From Pristiophorus japonicus (lineage: Eukaryota): DNA of 64,000 nt. The notes below the pieces were generated by a model that did no database searches, was not told the DNA's origin, and saw only the letters and a program-made list of their open reading frames with translations. Location of the stretch: assembly GCF_044704955.1 (NCBI RefSeq), contig NC_091984.1, positions 147,064,001-147,128,000 of the forward strand. Direction: 5' to 3'. Position 1 is the first letter of the stretch. The number at the start of each line of letters is the position of its first letter. The position numbers were made by a program, and so were the translations under genes. Shown one piece after another: positions 62,931 through 64,000 of this stretch.

Positions 62931-64000
62931 TATATTACCCGGTTTTAGCGGCTAAATGTTGCATAAATAAAACATGAATTCACTGCAGAATGGGGGACTG
63001 GAGGGTGATCTGATAGTGTTGTGTAAAATATTAACCATTTCTATCGGGTCGATGCAGAGAAACTATTTCCTCTGGTGTGGGATTAAAGACCTGGTGAAAT
63101 AAAGGTACAATTCGATTTAGGCCTTTGAGGAGCCAGGTCCGGAAGCACTTTTCGACAGGAAGTGTAGTGGGAATGTGGGTATTCCCACCCCAATGGATTT
63201 AGGGCCAAGTGGGGCTTCCAAGGCTGAGATGGAAGATATTTGTTCGATAAGGGTATCATGTGATATGGAGCAAGGAGGGAAAATGGAGCTGGCCTGCAGA
63301 TTGGCCAGGATCTATGTGAATGGGGAGCAGGCCCAAGGAGCCGAATGGCCTGCTCCTGTTCCCAATGTTATTATATCCCGAGTCCTAATATCCTATATTA
63401 CTGAAAGGATCAAAGTGGGCCTGCACAGAATGGATAATAATGGACAATGAAGAGCTGAGCACAAACGTTGGACCCACCGCAGCATCCTGGGGGACGGAGA
63501 TCTCCAGACACATCCTGCTTCACACTTGGCAGAGCTTATTGCAATATTGTCCGGGTCCCTATACCTCGGTTCCCGCCCGTCCGGCGTCTGGTGTCTGTAT
63601 CATCCCCTGAAACATTCAGAGCATTTTAATTCCACTGACATTTCAGATCAGCCATGATCTCATTAAATGGTGGAGCAGGGTCGAGGGGCCCAATGACCTC
63701 CTCCTGTTCCTAATCCTTATCAAACCCAGGTTATTTCAGGGCCTGGGCACATTGTTCTGTCTGAGGTTATTTTATTACTTTATTCCTTTATGTTACTTTA
63801 TTCCTCCTGTTGGTCGAAAGCCCGACCTCTTCCTGTTCTAAGGACACAGATTAGTATTCCAATTGTGAAAGCTCAGTGTGAGATGAACAAGAGCGAGTTC
63901 TCATGGTCGGGGGCGGTATGAAGCCTTGAGAGGTGTCTGAGAATTGGGGGAATGCAATTGGTGCATGGCCAGGTGTGAGCCGGGTCCCAGCACAGAAGGA

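Overview
Eukaryotic, repeat-dense DNA from a cartilaginous fish (shark-type CR1/L2/RTE LINEs, Deu/tRNA SINEs, Gypsy and Harbinger elements). The one host gene is a complete, unrearranged immunoglobulin light-chain minicluster of the kappa type (nurse shark NS4/type III-like) on the minus strand: promoter - leader (13903-13951) - V (13417-13715) - 12-RSS ... 23-RSS - J (12011-12045) - 8.6 kb intron - C (3082-3410) - two AATAAA signals. Reading frames, splice sites and RSSs all look intact. The most striking unexplained structure is an inverted duplication upstream of V (about 16.3-17.0 kb vs 29.7-30.4 kb). Its 200-bp non-repetitive core is 100% identical between copies while the flanking retroelement DNA has drifted. 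The core carries E-box, PU.1/IRF (EICE), NF-kB-like, RUNX, MEF2 and CCAAT motifs, and the same EICE occurs in the V promoter, making it a candidate shark Ig-kappa enhancer. The rest is nested transposons (a full-length CR1, two Mag-like Gypsy elements, solo LTRs, three Harbinger relics and a MITE), many minisatellites, and a 910-nt assembly gap. Repeat boundaries and percent identities were estimated by eye.
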